Shown piece after piece: positions 1 through 11,158 of a DNA stretch of 38,292 nt; the stretch's first letter is position 1; every line of letters starts with the position of its first letter. Made by a program: the position numbers and the translations under genes. The stretch is from Blastocystis sp. subtype 4 (Eukaryota): contig NW_014569460.1 in assembly GCF_000743755.1 (NCBI RefSeq), forward strand, positions 1 to 38,292, read 5' to 3'. The notes beneath the pieces were generated by a model. The model made no database searches, was not told where the DNA came from, and worked only from the letters and a program-made list of their open reading frames with translations.

Positions 1-3
1 ACT

Positions 4-11
4 AATAAACA
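4..11 (-). terminator. TGTTTATT 3'-processing motif (variant) of actin
   Basis: Minus strand reads TTC T|AAAG|TGTTTATT; the T of the TAA stop is followed by 4 nt and then the motif. Confidence 0.7.
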
Positions 12-13
12 CT

Positions 14-1123
14 TTAGAAGCACTTTCTGTGGACAATGCTTGGACCAGCCTCATCATATTCACTCTTAGCAATCCACATGTTATGGAAGGAAGACAGACA
101 AGCCAATAGAGAACCTCCAACCCACACCATGTACTTACGCTCAGGAGAAGCAAGGACCTTCACCTTGATGCTAGGAGGAGCCAGAGCCAGCAACTCCTTC
201 TGCATACGCTCACCAATTCCAGGGAACATCGTTGAACCTCCAGACAACACCACATTGCTGTACAGATCCTTACGAATATCCACATCACACTTCATGATCG
301 TTGTGAATGTGGCATCATGAACTCCTCCATGACGCAACTCCTTACCCAACATCGAGGGGTTGAACAGAGCCTCAGGGACACGGAAACGCTCATTACCAAT
401 CGTCACAATGTTTCCATCAGGCATCTCATAGGACTTCTCCACCACAGAAGATTCCTCAGCCAACTTCATTTCCTTATCGAAGTCCATAGCCACATANNNN
501 NNNNNNNNNNNNNNNNNNNNNNNNNNNNNAGTGTATCCACGCTCAGACAGAATAGTCTGCATGAACTCAGTCAAATCACGACCAGCCAGATCCAGACGAA
601 TAATAGCATGAGGCAGAGAGTATCCCTCGTAAATGGGCACAGTATGCGACACACCATCACCAGAATCCATCACACAACCTGTGGTTCTTCCAGAGGCGTA
701 CAGAGACAACACAGCCTGAATCTGAACATACATAGCAGGAACGTTGAATGTCTCGAACATGATCTGAGTCATACGCTCACGGTTGGCCTTGGGGTTCAGA
801 GGAGCCTCAGTCAGAAGCACAGGATGCTCCTCAGGAGCCACACGCAGCTCATTGTAGAAAGTGTGATGCCAAATCTTCTCCATATCATCCCAGTTCGTCA
901 CAATTCCGTGCTCAATGGGATACTTCAGATTCAGCACTCCTCTCTTAGATTCAGCTTCATCACCAACGAAGTGATCCTTGTTCTCCATACCAACCATATA
1001 AACAGGGTGCTTAGGACGACCCACAATGGAAGGGAAAACGGCACGCGGAGCATCATCTCCTGCAAAACCGGCCTTGCACATACCAGATCCATTATCAATA
1101 ACAAGGGATTGAACTTCAGCCAT
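14..1123 (-). CDS. ACT: Actin (divergent paralogue); contains a 33-N gap at 497-529
   Basis: [50 protein letters not shown] and C-terminal [10 protein letters not shown] are canonical actin motifs. Confidence 0.97.
497..529. other. Assembly gap (33 N) inside actin
   Basis: N run. Canonical actin has about 18 residues (54 nt) between GY(S/T) and YVA, so the gap length is probably underestimated. Confidence 0.9.
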
Positions 1124-1238
1124 AGCTACGTTTAGGTGTTAAGAAAAATATGAGTTCTCTTGACAAGATCATCTTGGACCGTTTATGTATAGTTGTTCAT
1201 TTCTCTTGATTATCAAGGGACCCATGTCTATTAACTAT

Positions 1239-1246
1239 AACAAACA
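1239..1246 (-). terminator. TGTTTGTT motif; poly(A)-completed stop at T1251
   Basis: Exact motif 4 nt after a codon-position-1 T. Confidence 0.85.
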
Positions 1247-1250
1247 GAGA

Positions 1251-3186
1251 AAGGAGTGATTCTGGCTGAATTAGTGATTGGAGATGTAATTGTTGTTGAA
1301 GATGTACCCACAGTGACTGTCATCGTAACATATACGGGATACCCCGCACCACATTCACTTTCTATCTGATTATCACTCAGAGATACCCGTACCAGTGATC
1401 GTTCCGGTTACTTGACAGGTTGTCAAATCAGTACAAGTTCCCAGAAGTGTTCCAGTGCTGCTATAAATGGAAATACTATTGATTAACAACTTTGAATTGA
1501 CCTACTTGCTGATGGTAACATCAGGTATTGTTGTAGGGAGATGGGCTATTACAGTGAAACTTCCAGTTAAAGGGTTGCACGAAGGAGTTACAGTGAGACT
1601 TGCCAAGACTTCTGTGGTTGCGTAGAAGAGATCGAACTCCGCAGGCAGGACAACAGGAGCTCCAGTAGGTCCTGTAGGTCCTGTGGCACCTGTTACACCG
1701 GGCTCTCCGGTGGGACCAGGTTCTCCAGTGGGTCCTGTCTCTCCTCTGGTTCCCGTAGGACCTGTGGGTCCTTGAGGTCCGGTAATACCTGTGGGGCCGG
1801 TGGCACCAGTGGCTCCAGGAGCTCCAGTAGGTCCTTGTGCTCCAGGGACACCTGTAGGACCGGTTATACCGCTGTCGCCTGTAGGGCCGGTGGGACCAGT
1901 TGGTCCTTCAGGTCCCGTGGCTCCAGGCATTCCTGTAGGTCCTTGTCGTCCTTGAGGACCCTGTCGACCTTGTGGACCTGTGATTCCTGTAATACCTGTG
2001 GGTCCAGTAGCACCTGTAGGTCCAACAGGTCCTTCCTCTCCATCTGGACCTGTGGGTCCTGTCACACCAGTCAGTCCTTGTCTTCCGGGCAGTCCTTGAG
2101 GTCCAGTTGCTCCTGTAGGTCCAGTTGCTCCGCGCTCTCCTTGTGGTCCCGTAGGTCCAGTTGGTCCGGTCTTTCCTTGTTCTCCTTGAGGACCTTGGGC
2201 TCCTGTGGGTCCAGTGGGTCCAGTAGGGCAGTTGACACATGGTGTAGGTTTCACAGGGCATTCTGAAGGAACCACCAATTGTCCCTTATAACACAGACGA
2301 CCAGGAGGAACGTTGTAGGGATCAGTAACAACTCCATTCACGCAATTCACGAACTGTTCGGTGCAGGCATCGAACACAGCCTCTCCGTCTTTATTCACAC
2401 AGAGAAGATCACAGAAGAAGCAGGTATCATCAGGTCGTACCAAGCACTGAGCAAGTGTCACCACATCATTATCGAGACAATACAGGGAATCGGGAATGAT
2501 ACGAGGTGTGGATGTGACATTGTTTTTGCAGGTTACATAGTAGCGCGTGCAAATGCCTTTCTGCTCATTTCCTTGTGCATTGGTACAGTGAATTCCCGTC
2601 CAATCACAATCATAGTTAATAGGAACACAGGGTGTGTCATTTTCGTTCACAAGCGCTCCTTGATAGCATTTCATTCCTGTTGGAGTTGCCATGATCTCTG
2701 AAAGAACTCCATTGTTACAGGTTCGATAGTACTTCGAGCACTCCGTCTGTGATGCTCCAGAAGCATCTGTACATAGTAAATTGGTGAAAGAGCACTCTGG
2801 AGCAGGAGTGGCGGTTGACGGCACAGGTGTAGGAGTGGATGGTGCAGGGGTTGGAGTTGATGGTGCAGGTGTGGGGGTTGATGGTGCAGGGGTTGTTGTA
2901 GGTGTTACTGGAATTGTAGGAGTAGTTGAACATTCTGAAGGCAATACGAGGACTCCATTGAAACACTTTGTACCAGGAGAGACGTTCATTTTGTTGGACC
3001 ATTGTCCATTTCCACATATCGCAAAGTAATCTGTGCAAGCATTCATAACTGCATCTCCATTGGAGTTTTGACACTCAACTGCATTCGTGACAGAACACGA
3101 TCCTGATCGTAAAACGTAGTGATTTCGATCCTACTATTTGAAACGGCAATGGACAGACACAAGAACAATAGAATTACACGATTCAT
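1251..3186 (-). CDS. Secreted collagen-like protein: signal peptide, four 6-Cys repeats, PAPSTPT linker, ~63 Gly-X-Y triplets, Thr/Ser-rich C-terminal domain
   Basis: ATG 3186 ([16 protein letters not shown]). GT-AG introns 3103-3134, 1476-1505 and 1362-1392 keep the frame. Ends CCT T|TCTC|TGTTTGTT (poly(A)-completed stop at 1251); the next genomic in-frame TAA is at 1231-1233. Confidence 0.85.
1655..2221 (-). repeat. Collagen triple-helix repeat, ~63 uninterrupted Gly-X-Y, GPT/GAT/GIT-rich
   Basis: Counted from the translation, GPTGPTGAQ...GPTGPTGAP. Confidence 0.95.
2800..2895 (-). repeat. 21-bp tandem repeat encoding PAPSTPT (mucin-like linker)
   Basis: [32 protein letters not shown] in the translation. 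Confidence 0.85.
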
Positions 3187-3421
3187 TTAGTGAAAACGTC
3201 GTTCATGTCATTCTCTTCGCTTCGTTTTGATAGGCCATTTCTTCATCAACCAATGTGCTACATTGAAATACATTGAAAATAGATCGATATTTGGATCCTT
3301 TCATAGCGTCGACTACAAAAGAAGTCAAACTCACTATAATAAGACGGTAAAACAAAGCAAGAAGTGAAATCGATATTGTTGATCTGGCTTATCAACACAT
3401 TACTCTTCGACAAGGAAAAAT

Positions 3422-4083
3422 ATGATGCAAGAAGGATACTATAGTCTATTTAGGTAGATTCGGATATGAAATCTGACATAGGTGTTGCTTTAAGAATATG
3501 CAACCCACAGTAACCGTCCAAGAAATGGATGGAGAGTATTACATTCAGTCTGAGGAGATGGAAACATCGTTGCGTGATGTGAGACTGTACATACGATATT
3601 GTAAGATGCGAGTGAAGAATATCTCTTTTTTTAACTTTGGAGTATCCCTTTTAGTCATGATCTTTTCACTTACAACCGAAAGAACGTATGTGAGAGTATG
3701 TGGCTGTTTGACTGCTATCTTTGTTTTACTTCAACTGGTATCTCAATATCTGCCAATGAAATGGTCATTACGATTGGTAGAAGTGAGATTAGTTGATGAT
3801 CCCTAGTTTTTGATTTCGTTAGTGGTAGGGTTGTTTTCTCAAGTTATTGTTCTCATTTATTGGATATCGCTCATTATGCGAGGAGTCCAATTCTGGGTAC
3901 TTATAAGCAATTGTCTGAATATGATTTCATCTTTTTTAATTGTATGTACTAGGTGTATTGGTACTATTTTAGGGGATTGCTTCGTACTATGAAGCACGAA
4001 TCCAAACTTGCTTTCACTATATTCCAAAGCAGTGTATTTGTTGATGAATTAAGTGATGTATAGATCATGAAAAGATGTTGTAA
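3422..4083 (+). CDS. Hypothetical multi-pass membrane protein (spliced, about 4 introns)
   Basis: ATG 3422; intron 3454-3481 joins ORF 3498, and further 30-31 nt GT-AG introns join the hydrophobic ORF 3810. TAA 4081-4083; TGTTTGTT at 4100-4107. Confidence 0.6.
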
Positions 4084-4152
4084 GCTATTCTTGTTAGTGT
4101 GTTTGTTTCATTCTTTGTCTAGAATTGCAATCTTCACCATTTGAACTACGTA

Positions 4153-5393
4153 ATGAGTATTTTTCAGCCAAACCAAACTGGTAGGGCATTCGTACTCCGT
4201 GTTATCGCAATATAGATAGTAGTTCATCGATATATGGTACAGACAATTCATCGACGATGGAGTGATTATTCTATGCAAAAGAGTGAATGCTTAGAGACGA
4301 AAGTGGGTCCAGGAGTCAACAAAAGAAGTACTTGCATAATGAAGCTGAAAAGAAGCGCATAAGGACAATCAACAAGAGTGTAGATGACATTCGTGTTATT
4401 TTGGATGTAGTTCTCTTCAGTTGCTGATTAAACATAGGAGGCGAAAATTTCACATAAATCAGATAAGGTATCAACTCTTGAAGCTGCTGCAGCCTATATG
4501 AAGAGTCTTCTCAAAGAACGTGATCGTCTCATCTCATCCTTAGGATGTCATTGTTTGTGAATTTATTGACTCCTAGATATTGGGAGTATTTTACCGTCTA
4601 CGGAAACCACCTCCTCTGATGATGAGACATTTCCGATTAACGAGCCATCTCCATTTAACCAGGACCTTCAACAACAACATATGGAATCAATCCGAGAAGC
4701 GGAGAGAAGAATACAGGAGCATCCAGAGCGTTATGAAGGTCACAGTTTGCTGCAACGTGTTGCTGAATCTGAACGCATTTCAGGGGGTGCAGCTCAAGTT
4801 GCTGAGATGCCTCCTCCTGATGTCTCACTTTCGAGGAATTCTTCTCGGAAATCCCCTTTGGGTGTAGATTCTGTGGATTACAGACGAATCTGGATGAATA
4901 ATAACATAGCGACGGTTATTGCGCACATTGAGACAGGTCAGTTATTGAAGGGTAATAATATGTTTATGAAGTGAATTTTAACGAAGTGAGATGATTTATA
5001 GACTGTTTCAGTATTCCAGTATGGAAGAATTGAATCAGTTGAGTCTATTTGATATTATTGTGGTAAACGATTTATCTTTATTCTGGAGGTAGTTATTCTC
5101 TCTTTTGATACCTTGTAGTGAGTACAGTTTGTTAGTTAATTGCAGTCGACAGATTATTCGTTCGTTTGTCGTTACTGTGACAAATTCGAGACGTAATGTG
5201 GAGTTAGAGAATAGTAGATGATATGTAGATTTCATTACCGTGTTTGATTACAATGGGACCTATTATGGATTATGAAGGATATGTGTTCCAGGTTTCTGCT
5301 TCTTTTACACCTTTGAAGCAAGTCAATGAAGATGATAGTATGAATGTTGATGCTGCTGGCAAACAGGCTGTTACTCTTGAAAAGATTATATAA
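4153..5393 (+). CDS. bHLH-PAS transcription factor (about 7 introns)
   Basis: Spliced bHLH KKYLHNEAEKKRIRTINKSVDDIRVILD|EAKISHKSDKVSTLEAAAAYMKSLL. C-terminal PAS-like VDYRRIWMNNNIATVIAHIETGQLLKGNNMFMKLFQYSSMEELNQLSLFDII...CLITMGPIMDYEGYVFQVSASF. TAA 5391-5393. Confidence 0.82.
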
Positions 5394-5543
5394 TGGTTGT
5401 TTCTTTCAAACATGAAGTCACTATTTGCTTAGTTATTCTTGAGATTATTATTGAATCTGTTGACAATTATTTGTGGAATTGTTATCTATAGCTTTTTTGG
5501 CCTTTTGTTATTCGTTCGGTATCATAGACAAAACAACTTAATA

Positions 5544-8500
5544 ATGCTTTCAGGTTATTACAGAGATGAGTCTATGCATGGAGAATATGATGATATGTTC
5601 AATGGTACTGTCTCTAAAATTCACCGACTTTTGTAGATGTGTCCATTCGGTTAGGAGATACATCCCAGACGTTTAATACAATGAAGCCGTCTTCAGTAAT
5701 TGAAGCTCCAAATGTATCTCGGTATTCCTTTGGTAATGCAGATGAAGAACTGCGGAAAGAAGCTGAAATGGAATTGATGAAAACCGATGAAGATTCTCAA
5801 GACAGCGAAATACCATTGACTGTTCTTGATAATAACGACGAAGACCGTTTAATATCTCCTGAAGTGAATTCCACCATATTAGGAGACTCTATAGATACCA
5901 CCTTACCCTCTTCAATGAATGCTCTCCTTCCTCCACTTTCAGTTGAGAAATCACCGAAAGTTCTTCAACCTATTCAGGTACTTCCTTCCCCTTCCCCTAG
6001 TCTTGATCCTGAACCAGCACGAATCAGTCCTGAGATTCACCCTTATGATCCTTCCTCTTCTCAAGATCCTTTAAACATCCTCGCAGGAATTCCCGCATCT
6101 CTAGTTCAGTCGGGTACTTCGTTCCCCTCTGTGATCAAGAGAGAGCCAGAAGAGGCGGAGATTCATTCAGATATTGAAGACAGGACACTCAAGAGTCCTG
6201 ATCGCTCGTTCACCGGTATGATGGCTCCCGAGCAGTCTCTTTCCTCTTCGACAATGACGAGTATCCTTCGATCCAATCAGCATGTCAATACATCTCTTGC
6301 TAGTTCTCCTGTGCCTACCAGCTCTGTGTTAACATTCAACTTTTCAGATTCGATACCACGGAAGCCCCATCGTGACATTGCTTCTCGATTCGCAAGGTTT
6401 GGTCATTCCTTTGCCGAAAGCAATCCCTCTCCTTCAGAGTCCCGTAAGTCAGTTGTAGAATCGTCATTACCGGTTCCTGACTCAACTCCATCAGAAGTTC
6501 TTCCTCAAAGTTCTGTTGTGGAGGATGGTCACGCTGCTATGAGTCCTATTGAGGAGTCTACGGCTGCTCATGATGAGAAACCAACATTTGATGAACTACA
6601 AGCTGAGGAAATTGATATGAAGCCTGTGAGTGATGAAATGAATCACTCTATTGAAGAGACTACTGAGGTTCCGAAGAAGACTGAAGTTGTGATTGAAGAG
6701 AACGCTGAGATCCACCAAAAGGATATCAGTGATTTGGGTATACATAGTGAGGAACCTGTTGAAGAGTCTAATAATTCTCAGATGGAGACTCAACAGTATC
6801 ATACTGATGTGATCTATGAGGACAATCCTGGATCTGATGAAGAGCATTACATGAATCATGTGGAGAATGCTGAGGAAAATGGAGTTGATTATGCAGAAAC
6901 ACGAGAAGAGAATGAAGTGGGGTACACAGAGACATTAGAAGAACGTGAAGTTGATTATACAGCTCTTGAGGAACGATTGGGTTATATAGAGATGCCAGGA
7001 GAACGAATGAATTACACTGAACCTCCTGGTGAACAAAATATTAAATATGTGGAAACACAAAAAGAGAATGGAGTGGGCTCAGAGACACCAGAAGAGAATG
7101 AAGTCAGTTACACACCTCTTGAGGAACAATTGGATTACGTTGAAACTCCTGAAGAAGGTGAGGTAGGCTATGTAGAGGCTCCTGAAGAACATGAACTGGG
7201 TTATTCAGAGAATTTAGAAGAACAAGAATTGGGATATGTGGAAACTCATGAAGAACAAGAATTGGGTTACACAGAGACACCTGAAGAACAACCGCACAGT
7301 GGTATCTATAATGATGATGGTGAGATACCGCTACCTGAAGAATCACCTCAAGAATTGTATCCTGAAGAACCATTATTTGAAAAACGTGAGACTGAACACC
7401 ATGATATCATCATACCTTCAGATCAACCGCATAGTGGTATCTATAATGATGATGGTGAGATACCATTACCTGAACAAGAACAGAATCATTCATTGGACAC
7501 AGAGAACTACTCTCCTTTGGTACCACTATCATCCGATAGGCCTTCAGTTGATACAACACATTCCATAGCAAAGAAGGAGGAACTTGGGAAAACTGAACGA
7601 TACACACCGGATGAAACAAAGTCTATTTCTAACTCGAGACTAATTCAACAACATAGTACGAATGTTCTTGATGATCTTCAACGTGAAACTGGAATCACTC
7701 TTCCTGTCTCTGTAACTCGATTTGTAGCACAAGAAGTTCCCAAGTATACGGAGAGTGAGTTGCGACGAGAAATCCTGAATGCGGAATATCGAGGGAAAGC
7801 GAAAGGGAAACAGCTGGTGGTTACTGTGAATGTGGCAATGGAGGCATTAGAGAAGGAGAAGAATCGTCTTGAAGAGCAAGTAAAAGAGCTAGAGAGTCAA
7901 ATGGAGACAGTTCAAGCTGTTCGTGACAGAAGCAAAGGTAGGTTGAATCAATGAGGATGAATAGGCTAGAGCTGTTGAAACAGGCTTGTGAGGAAGAACG
8001 TCAGAGAGTTACAACCTACTGGCGAGGACAACTGATGGAGAAGGACAGAAAGAATGTAGAAATGCTCCGTAAGAAGGACCTGCAACTTCGAGGGAAAGAA
8101 GATGAGCTTCGTGATGTCACGGTGGTTGTGAAGCATTTTTGTAATGAATAGGTTCGCTCTTCTCAGCTTGAAAAGGACATGGATGCCCTTCAGAGGCGAG
8201 TAACAGCTGCAGAGGAAGCAGAACGCCAAGCCCAAGATCAGATGTCGTAGGAGTGAAAGATTGGAATGAACTATAGCCAACTAGAAAATGATGTGGCTGT
8301 TCTTAGTATGCGACTCCAAAACTCAGAAGACAAGTGTTTGAGAACTCAAAAGATGGCTCAGGAAGAAATCGAGTCCTGGCAGAAGAAGGTGGAGAGTGCT
8401 CGAGCAGAGACAGAACAAGTGAGAACAGAGTTGGATGAGTTGAAGTTGCGGAAGGTGATGGATCGATCAAGGAAGGATGGATCTGGAGAGGATGTAAAGA

Positions 8501-8803
8501 CGGTGAGAGAAGAACGAGATCGAGCTATACGTGAGAAACGGATTGAAGAAGAGCGATCGTTAGAATTACAGAGACAAGTAAATGCATTGCAGATTCAACT
8601 TGATGAGGTTCGACATCAAAGTGAGTTTGTGAATCAAAAAGGCAGAAGGTCTTCGATTAGCGATTACAGTGATGATGTATTGTCACTCAAGGAGACAATT
8701 CATAAACAAAAGGAGATGATTGACATGTTGACGAGTGCGAATCAGGAGAAAGATGCGATTATTCGAGATATGGTATCCTATATTGAAGAGAGATTGAATG
8801 TAT
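5544..8803 (+). CDS. Large acidic/low-complexity protein with C-terminal coiled coil; start uncertain
   Basis: ORFs 5639-7954, 7951-8151 and 8266- are joined by 30-32 nt GT-AG introns. Ends GTA T|GGAG|TGTTTGTT (poly(A)-completed stop at 8803). Confidence 0.7.
6870..7474 (+). repeat. Degenerate ~11-aa acidic repeats (EEQELGYVETP-like) plus a 51-bp direct repeat (7289-7339 / 7424-7474, QPHSGIYNDDGEIPLPE)
   Basis: Visible in both the translation and the DNA. Confidence 0.8.
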
Positions 8804-8807
8804 GGAG

Positions 8808-8815
8808 TGTTTGTT
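8808..8815 (+). terminator. TGTTTGTT motif; poly(A)-completed stop at T8803
   Basis: Exact motif 4 nt after a codon-position-1 T. Removes the apparent ORF overlap with HSP20. Confidence 0.85.
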
Positions 8816-9411
8816 CAACAAGGAATGGAATCTACAGGAATCTTCCTGATTACCCTATTAGCATCTGATGGGACTTTATCAATCGTAATGATTACAACCC
8901 CATTCTTATAACACGAAGTGATTGAATCGACTAGAATCCCAGCTGGCAAGAGAATCTCCCGGTTAACAAAGTTTTCAGAACGCTCCGAATAGAAGAAACA
9001 GCCCTCCTTAACTGGCTCCACTTCTCTTGATCCTGAGATAATCATTTTGTTTCCATCGATTCGTATATCAATATCTTCTTTTTTCATTCCAGGACAATCA
9101 AGATATATAATAAATGACTTATCATTCTCACTCATATCTAATAATCCATAATTATGTTCCATATCAGTAGAAAAATCACCAGGAGAATTTGTATCCAGAA
9201 TATCCTTGGCTGCTTGACATAACGTATCAAAAGGCGATTTGGACGGAGATTTTGTGGAATCATTCTCTAAAATGAAGCGATAGAATAACAAACTACGTAA
9301 ATCATTTGGTCTATCATTGACTCCAGCGGATGATGGATGTTCAGAATTATTCTCTTTGGTACCAGAAGTAGATAAATCCAAACTTTCAGAAGGTTTACAG
9401 GATCTCGACAT
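8815..9411 (-). CDS. Small heat-shock protein (HSP20/alpha-crystallin domain)
   Basis: DMSENDKSFIIYLDCPGMKKEDIDIRIDGNKMIISGSR...ERS..F.REILLP...YKNGVVIITIDK and a C-terminal IPV motif. Probable in-frame 30-nt intron at 9267-9296. Confidence 0.9.
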   Translation of the reverse strand: MSRSCKPSESLDLSTSGTKENNSEHPSSAGVNDRPNDLRSLLFYRFILENDSTKSPSKSPFDTLCQAAKDILDTNSPGDFSTDMEHNYGLLDMSENDKSFIIYLDCPGMKKEDIDIRIDGNKMIISGSREVEPVKEGCFFYSERSENFVNREILLPAGILVDSITSCYKNGVVIITIDKVPSDANRVIRKIPVDSIPC

Positions 9412-9708
9412 GAAATAGTAATAAAAGTGAAGCAAAAATAATTGTGGAATCACGAAATGGATTCTATTGTTACATTAGTATTGTATCTATATGTTGTATT
9501 GTTAGTCCAAGTTCGTTTGTTATTCTCCTCCAACTGCTACAACTGTAGTACCATTCTATCTCTCTTGTCTTGGTACTGCAAACAAAGCATTTCAAAGGCG
9601 ATTTCCGAGAACTTTCTCACGAAGATAGAAACACGGTTATTATCTGTGTCCCGTGGAAATGCTGTCATGTCCTCCAATACTTCATAATACATTTATTTCT
9701 TGTAAACA

Positions 9709-11103
9709 ATGGAAGGAACCGACGCACAAGGTACTGCAACGAAGAAAAAAGGGTCCATGTGGACTATTTTGTTTTACATTACTCTGTTCCTGATTTCAGG
9801 CACCTGTTCTCTTATTTTCGGAAAGTTTTTGTATTATTGAAACTCCTAGTTCATGTTAAGGTATCAGAGTGAGGCTATTGGTCGTGATGGTAAGCTTCAT
9901 CACTTTGAGAAACCCTGGTTTTCAAACTTCATTATGTTTTTTGGAATGTCCTTTTTGTTAGCCAAATTTGAGGTATGTTTTATTCTCATGTTATGATCTT
10001 AGATTAACGCATGCATAAATGATTCCAAGATTAAGAAGAACCCTGAATTGGCTGATAAGATTCTGTTAGATCCTTTAGTTTCGGTTATGTGTAGTCATTC
10101 TGAGAACAAGCGTCCCGCTAAGTCTGTTTATTACAAAGTCTTTATTCCCGCAGTCTGTGATTTTTCTGCTTCCTTTATCATGTTTGTTGGTCTGTTGTGG
10201 ATCCCTGTCAGTATTTGGCAGATGATTCGTGGTTCGATCATTCTCTTCACTGGAGTGATCCGTCAATTCTGGCTAAAGAAGCCCCTGAAGAAGTCTGAAT
10301 GGTGGGCTCTGGTTGTCATCTTCCTTTCCCTTCTGGTTGTTGGTCTCTCGTAGCTTCTTATTCGTATTCTTATTCATAGTAATATCTTCTCAGGTTCCTC
10401 TCAAGATGAGCATCCTCTGGGACTGCGTCTTCTTGGTATGTTCCTTGTGTTTATTTCTCAAGGTATTCAAGCCTTCCAGACAGTTGTGGGTATGTAGAAA
10501 TGATTCCCAGTCATCGCTAGAAGAGCATCTGCTTCAGGGAGTCGAGGCCCCTTCGACATTGGTTGTGGGAATGGAAGGATTCTGGGGCTTCATCTTGACT
10601 GCTTTTGTTGCCTTGCCTATTGCTTACGTTCTTCCTGGAGAGGAAGGAAATGGCCTTCATGAAGACTTCATTGATAGTCTGATTCTGTGGTAGGTACTCG
10701 ATATGATAGAATGATCGTTAGCAAGAACAGCAAGACCATTTTGTGGCTTAATATTGCTTCTGTTATTGTCTTACTTCTCTTCAATCTTAGTTCTATGCGA
10801 GTGACATTGGTATGTTAGTGAGTGCGAGTTGATATGTAGTACACTAACTCTGTGGTCCGGAATTTGCTGGAGCCATTCCGTACTTTCTTGGTCTGGGGTA
10901 CATCGGTTGTAATTCACCACTTCAATGACAAGTCATTGTGAGATTGGAAGGTCATCTGTAGGTTTGGTGAAGGCTTGACTAAGTGGTCATGGTTGCAACT
11001 TGGTGGTTTTATCATTCTTTCAATTGGTATGTTGATGTTCAATGGAACAATTCGCTGCTGTCCAGAGAAGGAAAAGGAGGAGCAGGAGAAACTTGTTGTT
11101 TAA
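9709..11103 (+). CDS. SLC35F6-like drug/metabolite (nucleotide-sugar) transporter, multi-exon
   Basis: GRDGKLHHFEKPWFSNFIMFFGMS, IPAVCDFSAS...VSIWQMIRGSIILFTG, VVGMEGFWG. TAA 11101-11103; TGTTTGTT 11114-11121. Confidence 0.82.
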
Positions 11104-11158
11104 AATCGTGTATTGTTTGTTGTAGTCGCTTTCTTAGAAGGATAATCATTGATTTGCG

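Noticed and set aside
317..1135. 272-aa ORF antisense to actin, and other antisense/shadow ORFs in the track
   Set aside because: These are by-products of codon bias or repeats on the opposite strand, with no recognisable motifs.
1655..2221. Periodic repeats as a CRISPR array or satellite
   Set aside because: The 9-nt periodicity is collagen coding sequence; there is no repeat-spacer structure and no cas genes.
4153..5393. Stop-codon reassignment or readthrough as the cause of fragmented ORFs
   Set aside because: The in-frame stops fall within short GT-AG introns.
8816..8830. Poly(A)-completed stop for HSP20 (T|CCAT|TCCTTGTT) and for RF1 (T|TAAG|TGGTTATT near 15502)
   Set aside because: Each has two mismatches within the motif core and a genomic stop nearby; not supportable without cDNA.
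8815..8868. Overlapping convergent CDSs (also 12253-12305 and 34459-34502)
   Set aside because: The overlaps vanish when poly(A)-completed stops are used.
9442..9700. Short ORFs between HSP20 and the transporter
   Set aside because: They have non-ATG starts and no motifs; this is more likely a divergent promoter or UTR region.
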